Below are positions 24,301 through 37,261 of a stretch of DNA of 64,000 nucleotides, one piece after another. Position numbers and translations under genes: made by a program. Source of the stretch: Felis catus (Eukaryota); contig NC_058368.1 of the NCBI RefSeq assembly GCF_018350175.1, positions 192,946,001 through 193,010,000 of the forward strand, written 5' to 3'. How positions within the stretch are numbered: the first letter of the stretch is position 1; every line of letters begins with the position of its first letter. Below the pieces are notes generated by a model, which saw only the letters and a list, made by a program, of their open reading frames with translations, ran no database searches and was not told the DNA's origin.

Positions 24301-24522
24301 GGGGCGCCTGGGTGGCTCAGTCGGTTGAGCGTCCGACTTCGGCTCAGGTCATGATCTCACGGCCCACGAGTTCGAGCCCCGCATTCGGCTCTGTGCTGAC
24401 AGCTCGGAACCTGGAGCCTGCTTCGGATTCTGTCTCCCCCTCTCTCTCTCTGACCCTCCCCCACTCACGCTCTGTCTTTCTCTCTCTCAAGAATAAATAG
24501 ACATTTAAAAAATTAAAAAAAG
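24301..24522 (+). mobile_element. CanSINE
   Basis: Full length; perfect TSD aaatgaagacatctg (24286-24300 / 24523-24537). Confidence 0.97.
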
Positions 24523-24749
24523 AAATGAAGACATCTGACCCAATCATCTCTGGGTCCCTTCAGCTCTCATTTTCCCTGGTTTTTTATTTATGGCTTTGAC
24601 CCCTGTGCTGATCATTTATCTCCAGAACAAGCGAGACGCAGAAAAAAGCAACCCAGGTGGGCTACCGCCTCCCTGAACCTCAGCATTGTGATCCGAGTAC
24701 AGTGATCTGAATACAGTGCTTGATGTACCCTTCGTAGGCCAGCAGAATA

Positions 24750-24960
24750 GAGAAGTGGTTATAAGCGGGGGCTCTGAGGCAAGACAGCTTGGGGTCACAT
24801 CTGGTCTCTGTCACTTGCTAGTTGTGTGGCCTTGAGCAAGTGGCAATCAAACTGAAACCTGCATGATTCTATTTAGAAAAGACTCAGTCTCCTAATCTGT
24901 AAAATGGGATTGAATATACTGCCTACTGCTTAGGAGAGTTGCTGTAAGAATTAAATACGC
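24750..24960 (+). mobile_element. MIR relic
   Basis: ctctgtcacttgctagttgtgtggccttgagcaagt...ctgtaaaatggga. Confidence 0.75.
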
Positions 24961-24999
24961 AGTGCTTTCCAAATTTCTATCTACTGCAGGGTAAAACAG

Positions 25000-25296
25000 A
25001 GTTTCCCTGCTAAATAGGCAACAGACCCTTGGCCCCAGGGTTTTGGCAAACAGGGAGCGGTGAGAATTGAGACCAATGGAGCGTGTATTTTCTCTAAATT
25101 TAACAGTTTACTCCAGCTGACTGTAATGTGGTAGGTCTCCGTGTTGTCAGATCACATCCTTTTTCAAGAGAAACCAGAAACTTGGAATTTTATATGAAAT
25201 TGCCTCATCTTAAAATAATCATGATTATTTTTCAGCACTGTGCAGGTGAGATACAGGGGTGGCATGTGGCCCACAGTTTGCCAGTTTGTTACCTCC
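25000..25296 (-). mobile_element. MER102-like DNA transposon relic
   Basis: tactccagctg, ttttcaagagaaaccagaaa...ttttatatgaaat; reverse-complement similarity to 13745-13990. Confidence 0.6.
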
Positions 25297-27156
25297 ATTA
25301 AGTGCTCAATAAATGATAGGAAAACAACCCCATTTCACAGATATGGACACTGAGGCCAAGGCACAGAAAGGTGAAACGGTGGCCCCATGTTGTATGGCTG
25401 GATTATATTAGAGCCAGGGCTCTGACACAGGTCTTTTGATTCTTAATTTGGTGCCCTTTTGCCAACCACAGGAATCCTTCTAGAACCTCACAGCCTGGAT
25501 GCTAAGCTGCCTGGGGATAACTGGAAGTCCCATGGGCACTCAGGCTGGAGACAAAATGTTCCCGGCTTCTCTCCCATCTCCTTTCCTGCAGTGCTCGCAG
25601 ACAGCAGTGGCTTGAGACAGCACCGAGGACCTCAACCACTGTACCTGCTTGAAACATCTGTAGCCCAACGGTGGCTCAAGTCAGGAGGTGGGTGTGTGGT
25701 GGGGGAGGTAGGTGGTGGTGATTTGGAGCTTCTAGGCACCAGATTTGTCTCAGATGTTCACTTCTCACCCCAAGTCTTCCAGCTTACCCACTTTTCCTGA
25801 GATCAGAGACAGAAAGCGTCTTTTAGTTGCAAGGTGTCTTTTTAAAAAGTTTACAGATCAAAATAATCCTCAATACAAAATAATTATAAGATCTAATCTC
25901 CTTTTGTGGTTAAATACTTGAGCTTTAGGAAATTTTAAGCTAAAAATGGATGGCTTTATTTTTAATAAAGATTAGCAAATGAAAATCTACCATAATTCTT
26001 GCCAGAAAAATCTAAAGCATTTCTGTCTCTAATTGAGCTTTCAGACGCCCTTCCCCAACCTGCTTCCCCTGGGGCTTCTTCCCCCACTTTGGGGAGGCTA
26101 ATGGATGTACCTATATTCCTGTCTAATATCTCCCGCTTGGGTCTCAATTCTCAACCTTCATTTCCTTCTCTTTAAATTCTAGTGCAAACCAGCTCAGCCC
26201 TCCCATCAGCATCCCAGGCTCTTCCAGTCTCTCTGCCCATCAGGAAGTCCACTCTGCTCTTTCTAAGAACCTTGTTAGGGGTGACTGGGATGTGTGTCAT
26301 TGGCAAATCACTTCTGGAAACACAAGTTTCCCACTTTGGCAGGAGATGAAGCAGAGACTATCCCGCTGAGGGACCAGCATGGCTTATCAGCCTCAGTCCC
26401 AACTCTGTGCTCTCTACTGGGGTTTTCATAATTTCTTTTCCCTCAATTGCTTCCTCTCAAAGGTATTTGCATTTAAACAAGAGTTTGCTCCCCCGCTGAT
26501 TATTTTCCCCCTCTTTGATTCCATTGCATAGCAGCCAGAGTTGCTGGCGTGTTGGTGTCTGGACGGGCTCCATGGCAACAGCTGGGAGTTGAATGGTGTG
26601 AACTTCACCTCTTTCCCTTTGCAGATATGGTTGGCAGAGTAGGCACACTTAGGAGAAATTTCAAGGAAGTGAAAACGGAACTATTTGTCACCTCTGGGTC
26701 TCCCGGGCCTGCATTGAAAACCTCTGGCTAGATAGCAATGGGTAAGATTTCTCAGAGAGGAGGGAACCCTCCTGGGTGATGTTTTAAAGTCAAAAGCACA
26801 CAGTTCTATCTAGGGAGAATGGTGCAGGAAGCAGGAGAAACAAGGCTCTGTCTTTCCTGACACAGATCTGGAGCACAACCTTGAGCAGACAGGTAATCTC
26901 TGGTTAATTTGGGTGCTTTGCACACTGCCAGATGGGTGAGGACCCTCTGAGGCTGTACTCCAGTTCCTTGTACCCTTGGGGGGTTAGCTCACCTTACATG
27001 CAAGCAGAGGAGTTCATCAGGATAAATATACAAGCTTTGTTTGTTGTCAAGCAAAGCTGGGTCCAAAACCCACCTGCATCCCATACAAGGCTGTGACTTT
27101 AGACAAATAGTTTAACTCTTTGAAGCATCAGCTTCCCCATGGGATAAAATGAGGTT

Positions 27157-27603
27157 GTTAGTGGATGAGATTGCTGTTCTCAATTCTTCACACCCCCCCT
27201 TCTCCCATGTGACCTTACAATGCACACACGTACACAGGAGGGTGGTGGTGGCCTTAGTGGATGGTGCCTTAGCCATGTGACTTGCTTGGGCCAATGGAAT
27301 GTTATGACTCAATGTGAGCAGAGGCTATAAATGTGCTTCTAAGGTTTGGTTTGGTTCTCACAAATATGATCTACCAGGGGAAGAACATGTACGTTATAGT
27401 GTCTGGTCAGAATAGAATGAAGGCACACATAGAACAGACTGGAACCCAATCATGAGCTTGGAGACAACCTATGACTTGCCGAGCACCTCCCAAACGGGTC
27501 TGCAGACCCATGAACTAGAAAATGAAGCTCTTTTTATTATAAGCTACTGAGTTTGGAGAATAGTTTGTTATGCAGCGTTATCGTGGCCATAGCTGACTAA
27601 TAT
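27157..27603 (+). mobile_element. Old MLT1 (MaLR) solo LTR
   Basis: gccatgtgacttgcttgggccaatggaatg; end taagctactgag...ttgttatgcagc...atagctgactaata. Confidence 0.8.
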
Positions 27604-27992
27604 AGAGAAGTTCCAACAGTGAGGATTCAAGAATAAGCATGCTTATGTTACCTGGATCATGGTGCCTCTGCGTGTCATTGCTTTGTTCAGTCTGCACCAG
27701 CCCCAGGGTAGGACTTTGACTTTATCAACTCTCCCTACCCTGGCTTCCCACCTCCACCCAAACCCAGTCTGTGACCTCAAGAAACAACATAAATTTTGCT
27801 AACATCTGGTCATCACTATCTATCTGCCCCTCAACTCTGTGCTCTCTCTGAGACCCTCCGTATCACCTTTTATTTTCCAGGCAGTTAGCTCAAGCCTGCA
27901 CCCTATGCCCATTGCTTAAGGTTGTCTCCAGGCACACCCAAGACCACCAACAAGCAAGACTTCAGTTATCAGGACCCATCCTCTTAGCTGGC

Positions 27993-28430
27993 GTGGCAGA
28001 CACCATCATTGCTCTGCCAATACCTCTTGGCACTCATTGTTCCCAAACCACCACCTCTCGTACTCCTTTATGAATACACCTGTGGCTTCTTGTCCAGAGA
28101 ACTTGCTCAGACTATGTGTGGGCAGGACAGAAATGCCAGGACGTTGACTCTGTTAGGTGATGCACAGGAATTGGTAGATAGATCACTGTTTCTTCATCAC
28201 TTAGATGGGGCAACTCTGAGGTTTGTTCTACACTGTTTCTCTGAGAACCCCAGCAGGTCCGAGCACCATGTGCCTAACAGTGGTCACCCTCTCAGAACTC
28301 CCTCTGGTCTTGACTTCTTCACTTCCCTGCCTTTCTTAACCCACTCTTATCATCACTTCCTGGGACCACCTCCCAAATAAGTTACATGCACTCTGATTTT
28401 TGTTTTAGGGTCTACTTCTAGAGGAAGATG
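27993..28430 (+). mobile_element. LTR16-like ERVL solo LTR
   Basis: ggacagaaatgccagg, ggcaactctgagg, cttcctgggaccacctcccaaataa...tgcactc. Confidence 0.7.
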
Positions 28431-28760
28431 GGTGTGTGTGTGTACACACCTATGTGTGTAACTGTGTACAAATGCATACATGATATAAAGAGCAGGTCAT
28501 TATTAATCTTACTATAAATAATAGTTTTTCTTTCTTTAAATGCAATGCCAGGCAGTCAGGAAGTATTCAATCAATGGTAACCATAATGATAATGATGATA
28601 ACTCTGGCAAGGGTAAAGCTCTGTGCTTTAGCTGGGGCACACTTGACATTGTTCCCCAGGAATCTTCTTGGTAGACTCTTGTTCTCTGAACACCTGAGCT
28701 CATGGATATCTGGTCTGGTCTGGTCTTAGAGTCCCTGGTCTGGTCTTAACAGTGATAATA

Positions 28761-28981
28761 GGGGCGCCTGGGTGGCTCAGTCGGTTAAGCATCCAACTTT
28801 GGCTCATGTCATGATCTCGTGGTCTGTGAGTTCGAGCCCCATGTCGGGCTCTGTGCTGACAGCTCAGAGCCTGGAGCCTGCTTCGGATTCTGTGTTTTCC
28901 TCTCTTTCTGATCCTCCCCCGTTCATGCTCTGTCTCTCTCTGTCTCAAAAATAAATAAACGTTTAAAAAATTTTTTAAAAA
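28761..28981 (+). mobile_element. CanSINE
   Basis: Full length; TSD aacagtgataata (28748-28760 / 28982-28994). Confidence 0.96.
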
Positions 28982-29008
28982 AACAGTGATAATAACCCAT
29001 AACTTCTT

Positions 29009-29228
29009 TAAAAAAATTTTTTTTACATTTATTTATTTTTGAGAGACAGGGAGAGACAGAGCACAAGTGGGGGAGGGGCAGAGAGAGAAGGAGACACAGA
29101 ATCCGAAGCAGGCTCCAGGCTCTGAGCTGTCAGCACAGAGCCCAATGCGGGGCTCGAACTCACAGACCGTGAGATCATGACCTGAGCTGAAGTCGGACGC
29201 TTAACTGACTGAGCCACCCAGGTGCCCC
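29009..29228 (-). mobile_element. CanSINE
   Basis: Full-length antisense body ending ggtgcccc; TSD not evident. Confidence 0.96.
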
Positions 29229-30507
29229 TAATTAATTGCTATTCTAAACAAATATTTTAAAATACAATATTTTTCAAGCCAATAGTTAAACAAGAGCTTC
29301 AACAGACTGTGATAAATGATACATAGAAAATAGAACAGATAGGAAGGGATCAAGAGGTACTTTTTAGACAGATGATGAGTACCAGTGGCTACAGTAGAAT
29401 AGGTATCCAGGAGTTCAGGTGTTTAGCTAGAGTATGCAGATGATACATTTCATCTTGGAATCTTAAAACAACCTTACCAGGTACCTATTTTTATTCCCCT
29501 CCTGTCCCAACAAGGAAATTGTGGCTCAGAAATCAGATTACTTGTCCTATGTACAGAGGAAGAAACTGGAACTTGAAACTAATTGTTTGGAAGTTATTCA
29601 GACCTCATTGAGCAGCAGACCTCAAATGAGGAAGTTAGGAATCCAGATGATCACCCCATCCCACCACAACCCCCTAACTCCCATGTTGGGGTATGATTAA
29701 GCCAAGAGCCACGGATGACATCCCACCCATGTGCTCAGTGTTACCAGCCAATACATCCAGCAGGAGAAAGGCAACCCTCCCCAGTCCTTCTGACAAAGCC
29801 AGCTGGGTGCCTGGAGCAACAGACGTTGCCTGGCCCACCGTAGCAGCCAAAGATGCCAGCTGCCACCTGGCAGCCTTTGGATGATGCAGTGATTCAGGAA
29901 AGTGCCGTTGCTAACTCATTCACACCTTGCTGCATGTGGCAGCCCAGTACCACTGGGTGAGCACTTTACTTCCAGACACATTGACATGATGGGCTGGGGC
30001 TGGGCACGCTGGTTCTTGAATATATCCTAAGATGCAGGTCTTCCCACTCCTTGGGTTCTGAGCTCAGGATTCCATCAATAGAACTTTTCTGAGTTTGCCA
30101 CTATGTGAAACGAGCCAGTGGTGGCTGCTGTCCAAAGCTTCCCTTCATGGGGAAACAGAGGCACAGACCAGGCAATGACTTTTTTTAATAGTCATTGCAG
30201 TCATGAGCTCTGGCTAGAACCTTCTAAGTCTTGGCCTTCAACCAAGCGTTGAAGTATCTGCTATGTGCCAGGCATTGTGCTAGGTGCTGACAAGCTCACT
30301 TCTCCTGAGGAAGAGAGAAACATGTGTGATAGGATCTCCAGGGGGACCCCAAAGTAAGGAATTAACACGAAGAAGGCAGGCGAGGTGTGTGGGGTCTTGA
30401 GGGTCTAATACAAAGGAAATGCTTGAGCTTTCTTCTGCTCTTACCAGTAAAATTTGAGTTTTCCATGTGTCAAAACTCCATAAAATATTAAAAATAAAAA
30501 ATCTTCA

Positions 30508-30725
30508 GGGGTGCCTGGGTGACTCAGTCAGTTAAGTGTCCGACTTTGGTTCAGGTCATTATCTCATGGTTCATGAGTTTGAGCCCTACATCGGGCTCTC
30601 TATTGTCAGCATAGAGCCCACTTCAGATCCTCTGTCCTCCTCTCTCTGCACCTCAGCCCCCTCTCAAAATTCACCCCTCTCTGCACCACCCCCTTCTCTC
30701 AAAATAAATAAACATTAAAAAAAAA
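30508..30725 (+). mobile_element. CanSINE with duplicated 3' segment
   Basis: SINE head; ctctctgcacc...ctctcaaaat occurs twice before the tail. Confidence 0.9.
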
Positions 30726-32254
30726 TACTCACTTATTTACTTTCCGGTTCAGTTTTGTTTAAGTTTGAGCATTTAGTCATGAAGAAAGGAAACATTATCA
30801 TCAAAGTCGGTGAGTTTTAGCAGGTCCCTAAACCTCTCTGTCCCTCAATTTCTTCAAAGGGTGCTTAGGAGGACTGAATGAGTCAAAATATATGAAGTGC
30901 TTAGAACAGGTCCCTGCATTCTGCTGTAATTCTTTCTTTCTATCCCAGAGGACACCATTACATGGAAATTGCATATGAATGAGAGACTGTAGCAATTCAG
31001 ACACCTGCAATTTCCAAATCCTGCCCCTGGGAGCTACAGGAGCCCCATCTGGCCTCAGTGAGCTGGGGTCTGTGGATGAAGACTATACCACAGTTAATCT
31101 GCAGCGCTGCTGTGGGGATCACTGTGGGATATCCTTTTGGTGTCTGAACATGATGCTTATTGTTTCTCAAAAGACAACTATGTGGCCTGTGGGTTTGTTG
31201 TTGTTTGCCACAGGCCAGTACTTGTCTTGTTTGCCAAAACATACATACCAATAACGCTCCCCCCCCCAAAAAAAAAGTCCACATTGCAAAACATTGCTAT
31301 TGACAGGCAGGACACATGTTTAGGTAAAGCAGGGGATAGTAATGACCCATCACAGTTATTTGCAAAGCCTACTGAGCTGTGACTGGACTTGGAGAGGTTC
31401 TGCAAAAAAAGGTCACCCCTAAGTGGATCTTGGGTCTTTGATGTTTACTGGCATCTCAGCAGGGGGTGGGGCACTGACAATGACCTGGACAGGTCAGCTC
31501 TGAGTGGAAGTTTGGCTTTCAGAACAGAGCAATAGGTGGAAACTTAGAGCCCAAATCTCACTTCCGGGGAGGCTCTGGTGCATGAAAGACCCAACAAGAA
31601 GCATCTGGGGGTGGAAGGACTGACAGCCAGCTGTTCCCAGGTATTGGAAGTGGCCACTCCAAGCGAATGAGGGAAATAAGTAGCATTTGGTTGGTGCTCA
31701 GGAGACAGAATATCTCTACGTTCTCACAGCCTGGGGGAGGCAGGAGAAGCTTGGTATCTGGGATATGCCAAGCAAAAATGAGTTCAAAACTCAGTTTCGG
31801 TGCCCACTGGAGCACAGTAGACTCTGTAGCTGCTCTGTTGCTGTGTCTTCAAGGATGTCATTGTCCCTCCTTCTTCTCAGGATCTTGTTCTCCAGAGAAG
31901 TCCATCTGCCTGCAGTTACCCTCCAAAATCCTGCTTAGGACTTGCTAATTGAAGCATGCCACTATTCAGAAGTCTTCAACAACTCCCCAGTGCATACAGA
32001 AGTCCAAATCCTAAGCTCGGCACCCACATTGTTTACCCTACTATGGCCCTTGTGTCCCACTACTTCCTTTGGTCCATTATTAGCCACAGCATATGTGCTC
32101 ACTACAAATAAATCTGTATTTACTATCTTGGGGACTTTGCCAACAGTGTTGCTTCTGCCTGAAGGCCTTCCCTGCTCTTCCCTCATCTGAACCTCATCAT
32201 TCATCTGACAAAATTTTATTTGGTGTGTCTAATATGTGCTAGACACTGTTCTAG

Positions 32255-33195
32255 CACTGTTTGAAATGGCGTCAGATTGCAAGAAAGGCCACAGATTCTT
32301 TCCCTCTTTCAATCCATGCCCTCTTGCTACGTACCTTTGAGTATTCTCCCATTGTGACTCTAGCCTAGGTCATGTGATTTGTTTTCGCCCATAGGATGTT
32401 TGTAAGTGCAAACAGAGGCCTGAAAAGTGCTTGAACTCTTTTTGTCTCTCTTGGAAACCTTCTGCCACCCTGTGAATGAGGCTGGGCTAGCCTGCTGGGG
32501 GCTGAGAAACCTTGAGAAACAGGGATGATGGCTCAGCTGAGACCAATAAGTCCCAGTTGACCCTTCATCTGTTCATAGATGCATGAAAAAGCCCAAACTG
32601 ATAACCATAGAATCTGGTGCTAAATAGTGATTATTTTAAGTTACATTTTTGGATGGATTCTTAAGCACGATGGTACCTAATGCAGCTATCAATTGTTCTT
32701 GTCAACCTAATATCTCTTACCCTTCTGTTGATAAGAGTAACCTGATTTTACACTGATAAATGACACTCTTCTCCATGTTCAGGCTATGCTACATGTTTCT
32801 GCTGAAACTAACCCACCTGTTCTCCTGACTCCAGGGACAGTCAATGTATTTCTGACCACCTGGATGGGCACATGGCTTGAATGGTCCAATAAGACTCAGA
32901 TCTTGAATTTTTGTTGGAATTCTTGGAATAACAATGCTCTTTTCCCAGAAGGGTTGCTAAGTTAGGAGAATGTCACACTCAAGTTCTCACACCCAAGTTC
33001 ATACAGCTCGCACAGAAGAGAGAACTGACAGTAAGTCTTATAGGCATCACGTGTACCCCTGGACCAGTCTGTGCCTACATTTCCATCTCTCCGTGGGTTT
33101 TTCAGTTACACAAGATAAAAAAAATCCTCTATTTCTGTTTAAGCCTGTATTAATGAGATCTCTGTCATTTACATCCAAAAGTTTCTTGCTTATAC
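32255..33195 (+). mobile_element. Two adjacent old MLT1-type LTR relics
   Basis: ggtcatgtgatttgttt, gctgggctagcctgctg, ttttaagtta; second part aatcctctatttctgtttaagcc. Confidence 0.6.
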
Positions 33196-33269
33196 ACCAC
33201 TCAAATGCTACCTTCTCAAGGAAACTTTCCCTTATTTCCCAGTGAGAATGGAAGTTCCTATAGACTTTT

Positions 33270-33480
33270 GCATAGGGTCAAGAACACCAATTTCAAATCA
33301 GACAGACCTGTCCTCAAATTCTGGGTTTGCCATTTGCTAGCTGTAGGTATCTGCCCAGACATTTAATATCTCCAAGTCTGGATGAAACAGCTACTTTAAT
33401 AGTACACACCTCACAGGGTTGTTGTGAAGAATGAATGAAACTGTGTGTATAAATCACTTGGTGCACATTTAACAATGGCC
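33270..33480 (+). mobile_element. MIR relic
   Basis: tcagacagacctg...cctcacagggttgttgtgaaga. Confidence 0.75.
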
Positions 33481-33489
33481 ATTATTATT

Positions 33490-33600
33490 ATTTTTTTTAA
33501 GCAGGCTCCACACTGGGCATGGATCCCACAATCTGAAGATCAAGACCTGAGCTGAGATCAAGAGTTAGGTACTTAACCGACTGAGCCACCCAGGTGTCTC
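33490..33600 (-). mobile_element. Short CanSINE
   Basis: gatcaagacctgagctgagatcaagagt...cttaaccgactgagccacccagg. Confidence 0.85.
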
Positions 33601-33629
33601 TTTTCTTCCCTCTTTTTATGCTGCGAGTC

Positions 33630-34100
33630 AAATTTTATTAAGGAATCACCCCTGCTCTGTGATATTGGAGGGACAGGATCTCCTCAAGCTCCAGCTGTGG
33701 GCCCTTGAATCAGGCCTGGCCAACCAGGGCACTCCATCACCTTGACAATTTGATTTGTAAATAACTTGTGAGCGATGCCAGGTCAATGGGTGTCAGTTCT
33801 GGGACTTTTGTTGGAACTATTAAGGAACAGAAGCTCTCTGTACTGGAGTGGCTATGCTAGAAGGATGAGGCCAGGAAGAGTTTGTGACCTCTGTCTTTTA
33901 AACAGGAAAAAAAAAACCCTGCCTAGGGATGACGATAATACAGAGGAAAACCAAGGTAAGAGATAGACATCTTTAAGCTGTTCTAACTAGCTGGACTTGA
34001 AGACCAATTTACCCCTGGACTTTTTAGTCACTTGAGCCAATATTTTCCCTTTTTTTACTTAAGCCAGTAAGAATTGTGTTTCTGACACTACAAGAGTGCT
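33630..34100 (+). mobile_element. Old MLT1-type LTR relic
   Basis: ctggacttttagtcacttgagccaata-like words and ttttacttaagccagt 3' end. Confidence 0.5.
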
Positions 34101-35353
34101 AAGCAACCTCTTTCAGTTTCAGGTTTGTCTTCTGCTAAATGGGGTTTAATAATACCTCTCCCATACATATAAGGTGTTTAACACAGTTCTGGCATATTGG
34201 GCACTCCACAACTGGTAATAGTCCTTCTCTCTTTAAACTCCGGGAGTGAGGGTGACCATCCCCCTCTCTTTAAAGGCAGCAGCTCTTCCTCTATTGGCCA
34301 GCTGGCTGGAAATTGCCCAGAAGGCCAAAGAGGGGCCAGCAGCCTTTTTTTTCCTTGATGCAAATAGCATCATTTTATCCGGGTGGCTGGAGGAGCTCAG
34401 TGGAATGTATATTTGTCCCTGGGCTCTGGTTTCTGATTGCCACCCGGGATGTACCCAGCAGGCAGCCTGCTGTATTCTAAGCACCACAGCCAGATGATAA
34501 ACCTTTGATTTTTGCTCTTCTCTGCTTCTTGGGAATAATGGGTCCATAATGAATTACATCCCCAAGAATAGCTATAATTGTAACAATGCCACAGAGAGGG
34601 AGCTGGCATATCAGCCAGTCCCATGAAATGTGCCTACTTTGTTCCAATCACTCTCTTTGGAATGGGTACCAACTTTGTTTTTCCATCCCAAACTTTTAAT
34701 AAGCAGTGGGCTGTCTGTGGGAAGTAGAGAATGAAAGTCATACATCTGGGAGGTTTTATTCTTCGTTTGCTTGCTTTATGCCCTGCCTGTACAATTTTCC
34801 TGGGAATTTGGTCTCAGGGAAGGAAGATTTCTGAACCCCTTCTTTCCAAATACCTTAGCTGTCATCTGGCATTGTGTCAAAGAATTAACATCTCCCTGAT
34901 TGTTGGGAGATGAGGAATCATTTGTATGCTGTCCAAGGTGCTGATAAATGGTATTCTTATGGAAGTCTCAGGGGAGACATCTTGGCCCAACTCAAAGACT
35001 GCATTGTGCACAGAGAGATGGGTGGTAAAGGCTGCGTAGGAAGCCTGAAAAGGTTGGCAAAAGGGGAGGTCCTTGGCCAGCCTGAGTAATTTCCTGTCAG
35101 CATGCCTTCTTGGAATTCCATTGCCATCTTGGTTCCCTTTGAGACCCTGGGTCTACACAGAACCATATGATGAGTGGTCAAAAAGATGATAAATATGACT
35201 CCCTAATATTCAACAGAGATTGTAGGTAAACATAAGAAGAATCAGTATTAATTATATTTAGTAGCTATAGTAACTGCATACTAGCTATGTGCCAACTATG
35301 GTATGAAGTACCTGGTATCCATTTTCTCATTTAAAAAAAAAAAGATTTTTATT

Positions 35354-35567
35354 AAAATTTTTTTAACATTTATTTATTACTGAGAGACAGAGAGAGACAG
35401 AGCATGAGCATGGGAGGGGCAGAGAGAGGAGGAGACACAGAATCTGAAGCAGGCTCCAGGCTCTGAGCGGTCAGCACAGAGCCCAACGCGGGGCTCGAAC
35501 TCACAAACTGTGAGATCATGATCCAAACCAAAGTTGATGCTTAACCGACTGAGCCACCCAGGTGCCC
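35354..35567 (-). mobile_element. CanSINE inserted in the tail of an older SINE
   Basis: TSD aaaaagatttttatt (35339-35353 / 35571-35585). Confidence 0.95.
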
Positions 35568-35570
35568 TCC

Positions 35571-35678
35571 AAAAAGATTTTTATTTTTAAGTAATCTTTA
35601 TACCCAATGTAGGACTCTACTCACAACCCTGAGATCAAGAGTCAAATGTTCCTCTGACTGAGCCAGCCAGGCAACCCC
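35571..35678 (-). mobile_element. Older short CanSINE
   Basis: ctcacaaccctgagatcaagagtc...gactgagccagccaggc; outer TSD cattttc(t/a)cattt. Confidence 0.88.
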
Positions 35679-37044
35679 ATTTTCACATTTGATCCTTACA
35701 ACCCAATAAGTTAGGCACCATTATTTTCCCCATTTTTTTAGTCAAGATAACTGGAACTTAAAAGAAAGATGTATTGACCCAGGGCCAGGGCTGGTGTTTG
35801 GCCCCAGAACCCATTCTTTTAACCACCATGTTATGCCTAATGAACATTAAGACCGGGTTCTAGAAGACCCAGGAAGGCCAGTCTCCAGCTCACAGGTGAC
35901 TTAGAGCAAGTCACTTCTCTCATCCAGGCCTTGAATTCTCCATCTGAGTTAGTGGGTTAGCTCTAATGTTCCAATTAACCAAGTAGCCCTAAGTTAGTGG
36001 TAAAATCTCTGCCATTGGAAGCAAGCTTGAATACACCTAGCAAAGCACATGGCAGCAAAGTCACAAAAGGGGATTCACTCACTGGATGCCAATAGGCCCA
36101 CATGATGTTTACAGTTCTTTTTTCTATATGAGTCTGATGCCAATATGTTCTTTCACCTATTTTCAAATCCAAAGGGCCAATATTTGTGCTCCCTGGGGCT
36201 TGGTCTTGCTGATTGCAAGGCAGCTCTAGTTGCCTGCTGCAATTTGCTACAGTGACTCAGCAGGAGGCGGGGGGAAGGCACCCATATACTCAGCCTTCCT
36301 CTTGAAGACCTCGCTTGGCTGAGCATGGGGACACTGGGTGGGAGGGCCCCAAGATAATTGCTCAAAATATATTTGTTGCTGATGCTCTCTTTGTCTTCTA
36401 CAGACACCACATTTCCGCCCCCCCCCCCCAGCCCCCAGCAGGGTTCTCACTTCATTGAATGCTGAATGCCCATTAGGGAAACTTGTCACTTTCTTATTTG
36501 TGGGAAATGTCTGACACAGAAGGGCAGGTACCACTTAAAATGTCAAGGCAGCAGTGCAGCTGGCAGGTAAATTTCTGTGTAAAAATCCACTTTCTTCCTT
36601 GGAGCAGGGAAATGATGTAAAATCCTGATTGCACTTGGACATGAAGACTGCCCTGAGTCAGAGAGGAAGAGGCAAACAATCTCGGTAATCCCCCAGTTCT
36701 CTGACCAGTTTATGATTCCAGTGTTGACTCCCTTGTCCTCACATTTCCAGTCTTCCTACAGGGCACCCAGTTCCCCTCCTAAGGCCCCTCTCTATATTCC
36801 CCCATTCAACCACTCCTCCTCCCTCATTACCTCTCCTCCATCTTTACTGCCATGTCTTCTTGGAACAATGTCCTGACTTATCTTCCTGCCTCTAACTTCT
36901 CTGTATGACAATCCATTCTGCATGTAGCTGCCATTTGAAGACTATCGAGCAGCAGCTTCTCCACATATAACATTTCAATAGTTTCTTAAGTATTTACAGA
37001 AAACAATTAAACCACATCTTGGCCCCCACCCCAACCCCCAAGCT

Positions 37045-37250
37045 TAATACTTATTGAATGCTTGCTACATGGTGCCAGGAACATCACCAGGCACTTCAGG
37101 CATCAACTTGTTCTTCACATCAGCCCTATGAGGTGGGTATTAATAGCTTCATATTATAGCTACATAAACTGAGGCTGAGAAATTAAGTAACCTGCTCAAG
37201 AGCTCTCAGTTTTTAAGTGTCTGACCCAGATTTACACCAAAGTGGTCTGC
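37045..37250 (-). mobile_element. MIR relic
   Basis: acttattgaatgc, ccctatgaggtgggtatta, aaactgaggct...ttaagtaacctgctcaag. Confidence 0.75.
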
Positions 37251-37261
37251 AGTTTTTCTCT

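Noticed and set aside
28009..28380. 123-aa ORF
   Set aside because: Lies within an LTR16-like relic, TTG start, no homology recognised.
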